A stretch of 64,000 bases of DNA, from contig JBEKDT010000001.1 of assembly GCA_050014195.1 (NCBI GenBank), positions 160,001 to 224,000 of the forward strand, given 5' to 3'. Numbering within the stretch: position 1 is the first letter of the stretch; every line of letters begins with the position of its first letter. Of this stretch, positions 18,837 through 28,388 are shown in pieces. The position numbers and the translations under genes were made by a program. The notes under the pieces were generated by a model that saw only the letters and a program-made list of their open reading frames with translations, was not told the origin of the DNA and ran no database searches. This stretch comes from Desulfomonilia bacterium (GTDB lineage Bacteria; Desulfobacterota; Desulfomonilia; UBA1062).

Positions 18837-18892
18837 TGCGTATGCATGTTTCTCCGAGTAGGGGCTTAAGAGATTCGATGCGGGGTGATGCC

Positions 18893-19288
18893 ATGGGTGA
18901 TGAGAAGAAAGAAGAAAAAAAAAGCTATACTTTCCTGGATAAAAGGGGACTCGACCAGGGGGCAGCAGAGGCCCCTCAAGAAACCACGAAGTTTGATCCT
19001 CAGCCTCAAGAAGGGAAGAACCAGAGGGGCTCTGCCCCGGCCATCGACTTTACAACGCTGGTCATGAGCTTTGCCAGCGCTGCCCTGGTCAGTATGGGCA
19101 GGGTGCCTGACCCTGCCGTCGGAACGGTCCAGAAGAACCTTGTTATTGCCCAGCAGAATATAGACATTATTCACCTCCTCCACGAGAAGACCAAAGGAAA
19201 TCTCACTGCCGATGAGGAACGCTTGATGGATCAGGTCCTCTATGAGCTGAGGATGAGTTATGTCGATGCAACAAAGGAAGAGAGATGA
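18893..19288 (+). CDS. DUF1844-family protein
   Basis: IDFTTLVMS, AQQNIDII.LLHEKTKGNLT. Confidence 0.8.
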   Translation: MGDEKKEEKKSYTFLDKRGLDQGAAEAPQETTKFDPQPQEGKNQRGSAPAIDFTTLVMSFASAALVSMGRVPDPAVGTVQKNLVIAQQNIDIIHLLHEKTKGNLTADEERLMDQVLYELRMSYVDATKEER

Positions 19289-20781
19289 CAGTCAAGAAAA
19301 AATTCGGGTTTTATGGGGCTCTGCTCATGGTGGCAGTGTGCTCGGCGGTCGTTGGTATGTTCATAGCCTCCTCGCTGAAGATAGATTCGGTGAGCCAGGC
19401 CAGTCCCTTCTGGAAAGAGGGTTCTGCCCCGGCCCAGATGAAGGTTCCCCTCCCAAGTTTTTCGTCGCTCGCCAAGGAGGTAACACCTACGGTTGTGAAC
19501 ATACGGACCACAAAGAATCTGGCCAACAAAGACCTCTATCGCAAGTTTGAGCCGCCGCCTGGATATGATGAATGGTTCGATGATTTTTTCAAGAAATTCT
19601 TCAATAACATCCCCGAGCAGGACCTCCAGCAGCGAAGCCTGGGTTCCGGCTTCATCATCTCTGCCGACGGGTATGTGCTGACCAACAACCATGTGGTGAG
19701 CGGTGCTGATGAGATATTCGTCTCGCTCGCCGATAAGGAAGAGTTCAAGGCCAAGGTGGTAGGGACCGACGACAAGACGGATATCGCTCTCATTAAGATT
19801 ACTGCCGAGAAGTATAACTTTCCTGTGGCCGTGCTCGGTGATTCGGATGCCCTGGAGATCGGCGAATGGGTTATTGCCATCGGCAATCCCTTCGGATTCG
19901 GCCATACACTCACCCAGGGCATCGTATCAGCCAAGTCTCGGGTCATCGGTGCGGGTCCTTATGACAATTTTATCCAGACCGACGCAGCCATCAATCCCGG
20001 CAACTCGGGAGGCCCGCTCATGAACATGCAGGGTCAGGTTGTCGGCATTAACACTGCCATTGTGGCCTCCGGCCAGGGTATTGGATTTGCCACTCCCATC
20101 AACATGGCAAAGGAGATCCTGTCGGAACTCAAGGACAAAGGAGAAGTGGCGCGCGGGTGGCTCGGTGTTGCTATCCAGGAGGTAACGCCCGAGATTGCAC
20201 GTGCTGTAGGGTTGAAGGAGCCGAAAGGCGCCATGGTCACAACCGTTTATGCCGGCGACCCGGCGGACAAGGCAGGGATCAAGCCGGGCGATATCATCCT
20301 CAAGATCAATTCGCAAGAGGTCACGGATTCCCGTTCACTCACCAGGATGATCGGCAGCCTGAAGCCTGATGTAAAAATTACCATTACCGTATGGAGAGAT
20401 AGCCGCACACTCGATCTTTCCACCAAGTTGCAGAAAAGGGTCGATGAGCATGTGGCTAAACTTGGGAAAGGTCCCCAGCAAAAAGACCAAGGAGTCAGGG
20501 ACAGACTCGGACTCACGGTTATGGATATTACACCCGAGGTCCAGAGGGAGTTCAACATCTCAGAACCGGGCGGTGTGATCGTGATCGAGATTGAACCCAA
20601 GAGCAGTGCCGCCAGGGGCCAAATCCAGAAGATGGACATCATCAAGGAAGTTGAACACAAGGCTGTGAATTCTGCTGAGGAATACCTCTCTGCCATCTCT
20701 GCAAAGAAGAAAGGCAAACCTGTGCTGCTGCTGGTTGTGAGGGGATCGAAGAGCCTGTACGTGGCTGTTGACGACGATTGA
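19285..20781 (+). CDS. DegP/DegQ (HtrA) protease with two PDZ domains
   Basis: GSGFII, TNNHV, TDAAINPGNSGG. Confidence 0.95.
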   Translation: MTVKKKFGFYGALLMVAVCSAVVGMFIASSLKIDSVSQASPFWKEGSAPAQMKVPLPSFSSLAKEVTPTVVNIRTTKNLANKDLYRKFEPPPGYDEWFDDFFKKFFNNIPEQDLQQRSLGSGFIISADGYVLTNNHVVSGADEIFVSLADKEEFKAKVVGTDDKTDIALIKITAEKYNFPVAVLGDSDALEIGEWVIAIGNPFGFGHTLTQGIVSAKSRVIGAGPYDNFIQTDAAINPGNSGGPLMNMQGQVVGINTAIVASGQGIGFATPINMAKEILSELKDKGEVARGWLGVAIQEVTPEIARAVGLKEPKGAMVTTVYAGDPADKAGIKPGDIILKINSQEVTDSRSLTRMIGSLKPDVKITITVWRDSRTLDLSTKLQKRVDEHVAKLGKGPQQKDQGVRDRLGLTVMDITPEVQREFNISEPGGVIVIEIEPKSSAARGQIQKMDIIKEVEHKAVNSAEEYLSAISAKKKGKPVLLLVVRGSKSLYVAVDDD

Positions 20782-21662
20782 AGATCTTTGCTCCCGCCAA
20801 GATCAACATCTACCTCGAGGTTCTCGGCAAGAGGCCCGACGGCTACCATGAGTTGCGCACCATCATGGTGCCGCTGGCTTTTGGTGATGAGATCTTTCTT
20901 GATGCCGCCCCTTCAGGGATTACCCTGGATGCCGAAGGGTGTGGATGCTCTGAATCGGATAATCTTGCTTACCGGGCTGCACGGTTTTTTTTCGCCAAGA
21001 CGGGTATAGACCAAGGCGTGATTATAAGGATCATAAAAAGGATACCTGTCGGCGCCGGCCTGGGAGGAGGGAGCAGTGATGCATCAAGCGTCCTTTTGGG
21101 TATGAATGTACTTTTCAAGACGGGCCTTGGCATGGAAGAGCTTTCCCGTCTTGCAGGCGAGCTGGGTGCAGACTGTCCCTTCTTTATCTACCGCAGGCCC
21201 ATGCTCATGGGCTCGCGAGGGGATGTCCCCATCTCTGAGGTAAGAATCAAGGAACGTTCATATCTTATTGTTATACCCCCGGTCAGCATATCGACGGCCT
21301 TAGTTTTTTCAAATTTAACCTTGCCATTGACTCAAGACGGGAATAGAATTAAAATAGATAAGATTAGGTACAATTGCATTGAGCCTGAGCTCTGGGTCAG
21401 AAACGACCTGGAAGTTGTGGCTTGTGATATTTATCCCGAGCTTACAAGAATTAAAGGAGAGCTTATCAGTTCGGGGGCGCTGAAAGCAGGAATGTCGGGT
21501 AGCGGTTCGGCTGTTTTTGGTGTTTACGAATCGGAAGCTCACCTTTGCAGTGCATTGAGCCGCCTCGCACGGCATGAGGGGTATATTTATATACCCACAA
21601 CAAGATTGACGGGGGATATGTATGGAGATTACAGAGGTCAAGGTGTTTCCGGTCAAGGATAA
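20778..21662 (+). CDS. ispE: CDP-ME kinase
   Basis: APAKIN, KRIPVGAGLGGGSSDA, MSGSGSAV. Confidence 0.93.
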   Translation: MKIFAPAKINIYLEVLGKRPDGYHELRTIMVPLAFGDEIFLDAAPSGITLDAEGCGCSESDNLAYRAARFFFAKTGIDQGVIIRIIKRIPVGAGLGGGSSDASSVLLGMNVLFKTGLGMEELSRLAGELGADCPFFIYRRPMLMGSRGDVPISEVRIKERSYLIVIPPVSISTALVFSNLTLPLTQDGNRIKIDKIRYNCIEPELWVRNDLEVVACDIYPELTRIKGELISSGALKAGMSGSGSAVFGVYESEAHLCSALSRLARHEGYIYIPTTRLTGDMYGDYRGQGVSGQG

Positions 21663-21888
21663 CGATAAACTCAAGGCCTATGCCTCTATTGTCTTTGATG
21701 ACTGCTTTGTTATCCGCGACTTAAGGGTCATTAGTGGGACAACGGGTTTATTTGTAGCAATGCCTTCTCGGAAGCGCAAAGATGGTTCCTTTCGAGACAC
21801 TGCACATCCTCTGAACATGGAAACGAGGGATAAGATTGAGAAATCCATTCTCGAATCCTACAAACTAAAGATTGCCAACGAAGTCTAA
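21622..21888 (+). CDS. spoVG: SpoVG-family protein
   Basis: MEITEVKV, LKAYASI, GLFVAMPSRK..DG.FRD.AHP. Confidence 0.92.
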   Translation: MEITEVKVFPVKDNDKLKAYASIVFDDCFVIRDLRVISGTTGLFVAMPSRKRKDGSFRDTAHPLNMETRDKIEKSILESYKLKIANEV

Positions 21889-21932
21889 TTCAACTATATT
21901 CCGTCCCGGTAACCGGATGGCTTCCAAGGTAC

Positions 21933-22006
21933 TGGGATGTCGTCTAATGGCAGGACACGAGATTTTGGATCTCGTTATGGAGGTTCGAATCCTCCCGTCC
22001 CAGCCA
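21933..22006 (+). tRNA. tRNA-Gln(TTG)
   Basis: Acceptor TGGGATG/CGTCCCA, anticodon arm CGAGA-TTTTGGA-TCTCG, GGTTCGAATCC, 3' CCA; usual ispE-prs context. Confidence 0.96.
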
Positions 22007-22181
22007 CATTGAGTAATATAATACAGCCTAATGTGAAGTTGTTTGTTTTTTACATCCCGGTAGCCATGAAACTCCAGGAGGGCAAAGATGGCCTCTCATT
22101 GAGAGGGTATGGGCCATACCCTCAATACGTTGTTTCCATTCTTTAAATGTTAGGCTCATCCTGTATAAGAGGGAAGAAACA

Positions 22182-23123
22182 ATGAACTCAAGCATCTGTG
22201 TATTGGCAGGGAACTCCAATAGGCCGCTTACCGAGAGCATCTGCAGGATTTTAGGCGTTGGTCTCGGCCTCGGGGATGTTAAACGTTTTTCCGATGGTGA
22301 GACATCAGTAGATATCCACGAGAGCATTCGCGGCAAAGACATCTTTATCGTCCAGTCCACCTGCTCACCTACGAATGAGCATCTCATGGAACTCCTGGTG
22401 ATGCTTGATGCAACCAGGCGTGCATCGGCCAAGAGGATCACGGCCGTCATCCCCTACTTCGGTTATGCCCGGCAGGACCGCAAGGCCTCACCCAGAGCCC
22501 CTATTACTGCAAAGCTTGTTGCCAATCTGCTGACCGTGGCAGGGGCGGACAGGGTGCTCACCATGGATCTCCATGCAGGCCAGATCCAGGGTTTTTTCGA
22601 TATCCCTGTGGATAATCTGTATGCCAAGCCTGTGATGCTGGGCCATATCCGTGACAAGTATCCTGATGACCTGTGCATCGTGGCCCCGGATGCAGGGGGT
22701 GTGGAAAGGGCCAGGGCCTATGCCAAGCCGCTGAAAGGTGAGCTTGCCATTATCGACAAGAGGCGGGAGCGGGCCAATGAATCCAATGTGATGCACATCA
22801 TCGGTGATGTGACCGGAAAGATATGCCTTATTGTGGATGACATCGTGGACACTGCAGGCACGCTGACCAACGGCGCGACAGCCCTCCTAGAGGCCGGGGC
22901 CAAAAAGGTGGTGGCATGCTGCTCTCACGGTGTGCTTTCAGGTCCGGCCATCAGCCGTATCAGCACCTCCGGAATTGACGATCTCATCATTACTGACACC
23001 ATTCCGTTGCATGCCGATGCCATCGCATGCGGCAAGATCACCGTGCTGAGTGTGGCACCGCTGCTGGCCGAGGCCATCAAGCGTACGTATACCGGCTCAT
23101 CGGTAAGCGAGCTGTTTCTTTAG
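22182..23123 (+). CDS. prs: Ribose-phosphate pyrophosphokinase
   Basis: FSDGE, PYFGYARQDRK, DLHAGQIQGFF, DDIVDTAGT. Confidence 0.96.
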   Translation: MNSSICVLAGNSNRPLTESICRILGVGLGLGDVKRFSDGETSVDIHESIRGKDIFIVQSTCSPTNEHLMELLVMLDATRRASAKRITAVIPYFGYARQDRKASPRAPITAKLVANLLTVAGADRVLTMDLHAGQIQGFFDIPVDNLYAKPVMLGHIRDKYPDDLCIVAPDAGGVERARAYAKPLKGELAIIDKRRERANESNVMHIIGDVTGKICLIVDDIVDTAGTLTNGATALLEAGAKKVVACCSHGVLSGPAISRISTSGIDDLIITDTIPLHADAIACGKITVLSVAPLLAEAIKRTYTGSSVSELFL

Positions 23124-24619
23124 CCCTTACCCATCTCAGGCCTGAATTGGAGCGCCTCTGCAATGTGGGAGTCCCGGATATCAGGGCATGCCTCCAGATC
23201 CGCGATGGTCCGGGCTACTTTTATAACCCGGGTGAATCCCCTCATACTCAAGTTATATCTCGTCATGGCGGTAATAAGGAGTTCTTTTGATGTTTGCGTT
23301 AGGCTGCATGTCTCTTCAAGACGGTTATCAGGCATCTTGGCATTCAGATAGCCCCTGTCTGTCTGCAAAAAACGTGCGGCTGTCACCCTCTCACGAACAG
23401 GTTCGGATGAGGGTCTATCTCGAGGATTCAGCACACTCTTTATGTCTACAGGGTCCACCCAGACATGGAGGTCGATACGGTCTATGAGCGGACCTGATAG
23501 ACGGGAGCGGTATTTGGCGACCAGAAGTGGAGGGCATCGGCACTCCTTTGAAGGGTGGCCGAGATATCCGCATGGACACGGGTTAAGGGCGGCCACGAGC
23601 TGGAAACCGGCCTTAAAGGTGAAGGCCGAGCTTGCCCGTGAGATGGTCACGTGTCCGTCCTCCAACGGCTGTCGCATGGACTCCAGGGCGCTGCGCCTGA
23701 ATTCCAGCAGCTCATCCAGAAAGAGGACCCCGTTATGGGCAAGGCTCACCTCGCCGGGGGTTGGTATGGTGCCCCCGCCGATAAGTCCCGCATCAGAGAT
23801 GGTATGGTGAGGGGATCTGAAAGGACGTATGCATACTATCGCATTCTTTCTGAGCTTGCCGGCAGCCGAATAGATCGAGGTGCACTCCAGGATCTCCTCT
23901 TTTGTCAATGGCGGCAGGATCGTAGGTAAGCGTTTTGCCAGCATGGACTTGCCTGTACCAGGCGGGCCGACCATGAGGAGGTTATGGCCTCCTGCAGCGG
24001 CAATCTCCAAGGCCCGCTTGGCAAAGGCCTGCCCGCTGATCTCGGAGAGGTCAAGGCCGATAGTTTCCTGTGCCGTGAGGTCTATCCGGGGTACCTGCCG
24101 AAGGGTGATCTCCTCTCCTCTGAGAATGGCAAAAGCCTCTTTGAGGCTTGTGACCGGCAGGACCTCAACCTCTGCCAGATGCGCCTCCTGGGCGTTCTGA
24201 ACCGGGCAGATAATCCCTTTGAGACCCATGCGTCTGGTGAGGAATGCAGCCGAGATCACTCCGCGCACGGGTCGTACACTGCCGTCAAGACCGAGCTCCC
24301 CCATGAGGAGGTAGCTGCTCAGAATATCCCTGGGCACAAGGCCCAATGCAGCCAGGATGGCAATCGAGACGGGCAGGTCAAAGGTCCCGCCCTCCTTCCT
24401 GACATCCGCAGGGGCAAGGTTCACGGTAATGCGCCTGGGCGGAAAGTCCAGCCCTGAATTCACGATAGCCGATCTTACCCGTTCCCTGCTCTCCTTCACC
24501 GCGCTGTCGGGCAGACCCACGATGGCAAAATACGGCAGACCTCCCTGTATATCAGCTTCCACAACAACGCCCAGCGCATCAGTGCCCCACAGGGTGGCTG
24601 ACTGCACGCTTGCGTTCAT
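23120..24619 (-). CDS. comM: YifB/ComM Mg-chelatase-like AAA+ ATPase
   Basis: GLPDSAVKESRERV, GPPGTGKS, PFRSPHH, NPCPCG. Confidence 0.92.
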   Translation of the reverse strand: MNASVQSATLWGTDALGVVVEADIQGGLPYFAIVGLPDSAVKESRERVRSAIVNSGLDFPPRRITVNLAPADVRKEGGTFDLPVSIAILAALGLVPRDILSSYLLMGELGLDGSVRPVRGVISAAFLTRRMGLKGIICPVQNAQEAHLAEVEVLPVTSLKEAFAILRGEEITLRQVPRIDLTAQETIGLDLSEISGQAFAKRALEIAAAGGHNLLMVGPPGTGKSMLAKRLPTILPPLTKEEILECTSIYSAAGKLRKNAIVCIRPFRSPHHTISDAGLIGGGTIPTPGEVSLAHNGVLFLDELLEFRRSALESMRQPLEDGHVTISRASSAFTFKAGFQLVAALNPCPCGYLGHPSKECRCPPLLVAKYRSRLSGPLIDRIDLHVWVDPVDIKSVLNPRDRPSSEPVRERVTAARFLQTDRGYLNAKMPDNRLEETCSLTQTSKELLITAMTRYNLSMRGFTRVIKVARTIADLEACPDIRDSHIAEALQFRPEMGKG

Positions 24620-24734
24620 TATGATGGCATTTTAACAGAATCATGATGTCGTGTACAAGTGAACAGTGTCAGAAAGTGACTAGTGAGAGGATATGCTTTA
24701 ATCCGATATTCGCAATCTAAGAATAATAGTGCCT

Positions 24735-25211
24735 CTAGCGTTTGGTACTCCATATCTTTGTAATCGAAGCTAAACCCATATCGAAATAAAAGATAAAAAC
24801 CGTAATGGCTAGGAGGCTGAGGTCCCGGACAAGATAGATCCAGGAGATTCTTTGTGCCTCTTTTGTTGTAGTAAAGCACCCGCAGGAGATATCAAGCCCA
24901 TGAAAGAGGGCTATGCCAAGGGCAAAGGCAAACATGAACAAGAGCCCTGAGATGATCAGCAAGCTGCCGGGGATGAATATTCCGAGAAGAAGTGCAATGC
25001 CGGTGATCATCTCAACGAAGGGGAGCCCCACGCTGAAAGGATTTACCAGGACTACAGGCAGTATTCGGTAGTTGGCGACGGCCTCGGCGAATCCCTTCGG
25101 ATCAAGGAAATGGACCACCCCGGTGTAGAGGAACATGGCGCCGAGAATGACTCGGAATGCTAAAGACAGATACGTGCTAATTCTTGCCTGACCCGCCGAG
25201 AGCTCCATCAC
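24735..25211 (-). CDS. MauE/DoxX-family membrane protein
   Basis: FRVILG, P.GFA..V.NY, GLDISCGCF. Confidence 0.8.
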   Translation of the reverse strand: MMELSAGQARISTYLSLAFRVILGAMFLYTGVVHFLDPKGFAEAVANYRILPVVLVNPFSVGLPFVEMITGIALLLGIFIPGSLLIISGLLFMFAFALGIALFHGLDISCGCFTTTKEAQRISWIYLVRDLSLLAITVFIFYFDMGLASITKIWSTKR

Positions 25212-25707
25212 CTACCCCTTCATCGATGGGATAACCCTTTTCCATCCATCCCTGCCAGCCGTCAGCAAACTCGCCCAAAGACTTGATTCCCTTCTTCCGG
25301 AGGGCTTCTGCGAGAACTCGTGCCTTGCCGCACCCTTGCCCATCACAGTAGGTAATGAAGATCTTACCGCCACCCTCCATTTCCTGGAGCCATGTCAGTT
25401 TCGTCTCCACCTTTTCCAGGGGCACATGGAAGGCGCCCGGCAGATGGCCCGAGACATAGGCTCCCTCTTCCCTCGCATCGAGGAAGAGTGCCCTGCCTGC
25501 CTTGAGGAGTTGCATGCATTCATCTGCCGAATAGATCTTGAGGGCATCTGTCGGTGTTGCGGTATCTTTCGGACTTCCTTTCCCCGACAGGAAGGTAAGC
25601 CCACCCGGCCTGAGCGCATTGATTGAAAAGGCCAGGGCAAGGCTCAGGACAAGGATAACAGCTGCCTCTCCAAAAGCCTTTCCGATCTTTGAATGGAATC
25701 CTGACAT
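25177..25707 (-). CDS. Membrane-anchored rhodanese-like protein
   Basis: FLDARE..Y..GHLPGA, YCDGQGC, DGWQGW..GYP. Confidence 0.85.
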   Translation of the reverse strand: MSGFHSKIGKAFGEAAVILVLSLALAFSINALRPGGLTFLSGKGSPKDTATPTDALKIYSADECMQLLKAGRALFLDAREEGAYVSGHLPGAFHVPLEKVETKLTWLQEMEGGGKIFITYCDGQGCGKARVLAEALRKKGIKSLGEFADGWQGWMEKGYPIDEGVGDGALGGSGKN

Positions 25708-25823
25708 ATCCCCGCCAACCTTCTTGACGAATAATGAGATAACACATCCTGCCACATTGCTTATCACAGAGATCTTTGTCCAGATCAAGTACCTCGTGGG
25801 TCGAGGAATTCTGCAGCTAGAAC

Positions 25824-25845
25824 AAGAGGGTTGAACAGCCCTCTT
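25824..25845 (-). terminator. Probable terminator hairpin
   Basis: AAGAGGG-N8-CCCTCTT right after the stop at 25847; weak U-tail. Confidence 0.45.
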
Positions 25846-25846
25846 C

Positions 25847-26035
25847 TCATGCCGCCCTGTCATGGAAAAAGCGCATCAGGAACTCCGCATCGGCCGGAGA
25901 AAGGTTAAATTCAAAGATCGCCTTATTCAGAAGCTTCTGCACTGACTGGTTGGGGTTATTATCCAAGCGTTCCGACACCCATTTGATTGCATTCTTTATT
26001 TCTTCTCTTTCATATCTTTCCAAGATCGTTTTCAT
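25847..26035 (-). CDS. Small hypothetical protein
   Basis: GGAGG RBS; helical 62 aa ORF. Confidence 0.7.
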   Translation of the reverse strand: MKTILERYEREEIKNAIKWVSERLDNNPNQSVQKLLNKAIFEFNLSPADAEFLMRFFHDRAA

Positions 26036-26148
26036 AACAATACCTCCTACTCAGTACGTCATTCATTTCCTTGGCTATTATGATGTACATATTTTTGATG
26101 CTCATCTTAAGAAAAGAGATACAACATTGTATGGTAATAATGGATATC

Positions 26149-26904
26149 TTATCCGAGATAGCCGAAGTACCAATCGATGAGATACTGGCCCCAGAACACG
26201 TAGATCAGCGCCCCAAGCGCCAGGAAGGGCCCGAAGGGGATGGCTGCCTTGAGGGTGCCTTTCTTCAGAAGCCCCCATGGGATACCAACCATGGTGCCCA
26301 TGAGCGAGGAGGCAAACACCGTGAAGAGTACTCCCTGCCAGCCTGTGAACACACCGATCATTGCAAGCAGTTTCACATCACCGCCCCCCATGCCTTCCTT
26401 TTTCGTGAGAAAATAATAGCCATAAATGATTGCCAGGAGCAGACCGCCGCCTAAGATGAGGCCGATGAGGGCGTCCTTGTAAGTCACGGGCAGCCAGTAG
26501 ACAACCAGGAGCCCCACCACGATACCGCCAAGCGACAACCTGTCGGGAATGATCTGTATATCGAGATCAATAAAGGTGATGATAAGCAAGACACAAGCCC
26601 AGAGATAATAAATCAGGAAAGTGACGCTCATGCCGAACCGGTACAGCAGGCTCACTGCAAGCAGGGCGCTTAAGAGCTCCACAACCGGATACCGCACCGA
26701 TATGGGCTCGGTACAGTACCTGCATCTGCCTTTGAGGATGAGATAGCTTATGACCGGGATGTTGTCCCAGGGCTTCAGGGCCTTGGTGCATTTTGGACAA
26801 TGCGATGGCGGCCAGACGATGGATTCCCCTTTCTGGATCCTGTAGATACAGACATTGAGGAAACTCCCGATAAAGAGCCCGAAGAGTACTACAATAACGA
26901 CCAT
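26149..26904 (-). CDS. pilD: Prepilin peptidase/N-methyltransferase
   Basis: GSFLNVCIYR, SHCPKC, GRCRYC, FIDLD, GMGGGDVK, PFGPFL. Confidence 0.95.
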   Translation of the reverse strand: MVVIVVLFGLFIGSFLNVCIYRIQKGESIVWPPSHCPKCTKALKPWDNIPVISYLILKGRCRYCTEPISVRYPVVELLSALLAVSLLYRFGMSVTFLIYYLWACVLLIITFIDLDIQIIPDRLSLGGIVVGLLVVYWLPVTYKDALIGLILGGGLLLAIIYGYYFLTKKEGMGGGDVKLLAMIGVFTGWQGVLFTVFASSLMGTMVGIPWGLLKKGTLKAAIPFGPFLALGALIYVFWGQYLIDWYFGYLG

Positions 26905-26905
26905 A

Positions 26906-27331
26906 TCAACCGATCAGCTCACCCCTCCTGAAACGGAGCACCTCACCGTACAGCGTGGAAGAAACCTCAGTCATAATACCTTTGAGCGGGTCGTTATCCG
27001 CCATGAACGATGCGGCGTTATCCACCTTGGACTTCATAGTATCAAGCTGGTCAACCATGGAAGAGATTGTCTTGAGGTCTACATTTGGATCGGAGACGGC
27101 CTTTGAATACGTATCCAAGAGGTCGATGGCCTCCTCGCCGGTGCTTACCGCACTAAGCTTCTGCGGACTGACCGGAACCGTCTGATACTGGGTTCCAACC
27201 GTGCCGGCCTTATTCATAGATCCGGTCTCAAGACCCTTGAGGACATCCTCAAACGCCCCTTTGGGGCTACTTTGCGGTTTGATCTGCTGCCCTGCAACAG
27301 AGCCGATGGTCGTATTCGGATTAATCTTCAT
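26906..27331 (-). CDS. Hypothetical protein co-transcribed with pilD
   Basis: AGGAGG RBS; ends 1 bp before the pilD start. Confidence 0.72.
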   Translation of the reverse strand: MKINPNTTIGSVAGQQIKPQSSPKGAFEDVLKGLETGSMNKAGTVGTQYQTVPVSPQKLSAVSTGEEAIDLLDTYSKAVSDPNVDLKTISSMVDQLDTMKSKVDNAASFMADNDPLKGIMTEVSSTLYGEVLRFRRGELIG

Positions 27332-27353
27332 ACTCGCCTCCTGCACAAATGCT

Positions 27354-27369
27354 AGCAAGGAGGGTGCCA
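27354..27369 (-). promoter_or_regulatory. Sigma54 -24/-12 promoter
   Basis: TGGCAC-CCTCC-TTGCT, perfect consensus, 22 bp upstream of the ATG. Confidence 0.8.
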
Positions 27370-27455
27370 GCCCCTCTTTCCTCGGTCTTCACCATGCAGA
27401 CGTAACGTAAATAAGGAACTTTCTTCCACCCCAAAGGGAAAAATGGTCCATGTCT

Positions 27456-28388
27456 TTACGAAGGAGGGACCAGCCTCTGAATGAAAGCCGAGCGTGCCTT
27501 GATGATCTCCTCAATGGGCATCTTGACAAGCTCATGCACATATTGGCGCACAGCCCGGCATACTCCATCAATGACCAGCGATGGGTCATTATGCGCCCCG
27601 CCTGTGGGTTCTTTGACGAGATAGTCCACAATGCCGTAGCTGTAGAGGTCGCGACCGCTTCCCCTGAGCGTCTCGGCAGCCTTCTCCTTTTTGGTAGAGT
27701 CGCCGTAGAAGATGGAAGAGAAACCCTCAGGGCTGATGGCGCTGTAAAAGGCATTCTCGAGCATGATGATCCTGTCACCGAAGCCGAGTGCCAACGCACC
27801 TCCGGAACCCGCTTCACCTATGATGCAGGCCACCACCGGGGTCTTTACGCAGGCTACCATCCGGATGCACTGTGCAATGGAAAAAGCCTGGCCCTTGTCT
27901 TCCGCCTCTGGTGCTGGATAGGCACCGGGTGTGTCTACAAAAGTGATCACCGGCCTTTTGAACTTTTCAGCGAGCTTGAACAGCTTGATGGCCTTATAAT
28001 GACCGGAGGGGCTTGCCATTCCGTAGTGGTAACGGATATAATCCTTCTTCCCCTCTGAGCGCTTCTTGTGCCCGATGACCACCACAGGTATATCATCCAG
28101 AAATGCGAGACCGCCTAAGACGGCAGGGTCATCTTCATACCGGCGATCACCTTTGAGTTCGGTAAAATCACGAAACAGGTGTGCGATGTACTCATCAATG
28201 CCGGGCCGGTCGGAATGACGGGAAAGCTCTACACTACTCCACCGGGAGATTCCCTCGTAGAGGTCCTTTCTGAAGACCTCCACCTTCCGCTCAATCTCGG
28301 CGGTATCGACCCCCTTGAGTCTTGATATGGTCTCCTGAAGCTCCTTGAGGGCATTATCAATATCAATGAACTTCTCTTTGGATTTCAT
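27456..28388 (-). CDS. accA: Acetyl-CoA carboxylase carboxyltransferase alpha
   Basis: ELKGDR..DDPA, FVDTPGAYP, GSGGALA, YSAISPEG. Confidence 0.9.
   Translation of the reverse strand: MKSKEKFIDIDNALKELQETISRLKGVDTAEIERKVEVFRKDLYEGISRWSSVELSRHSDRPGIDEYIAHLFRDFTELKGDRRYEDDPAVLGGLAFLDDIPVVVIGHKKRSEGKKDYIRYHYGMASPSGHYKAIKLFKLAEKFKRPVITFVDTPGAYPAPEAEDKGQAFSIAQCIRMVACVKTPVVACIIGEAGSGGALALGFGDRIIMLENAFYSAISPEGFSSIFYGDSTKKEKAAETLRGSGRDLYSYGIVDYLVKEPTGGAHNDPSLVIDGVCRAVRQYVHELVKMPIEEIIKARSAFIQRLVPPS

Noticed and set aside
18831-18869. Selenocysteine read-through of acuC (TGC TGA TGC GTA TGC)
   Set aside because: The deacetylase domain is already complete and no convincing SECIS-like hairpin was seen
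21933-22181. Integrative element at tRNA-Gln
   Set aside because: No integrase, no duplicated tRNA 3' end noticed, and ispE-tRNA-prs synteny is intact
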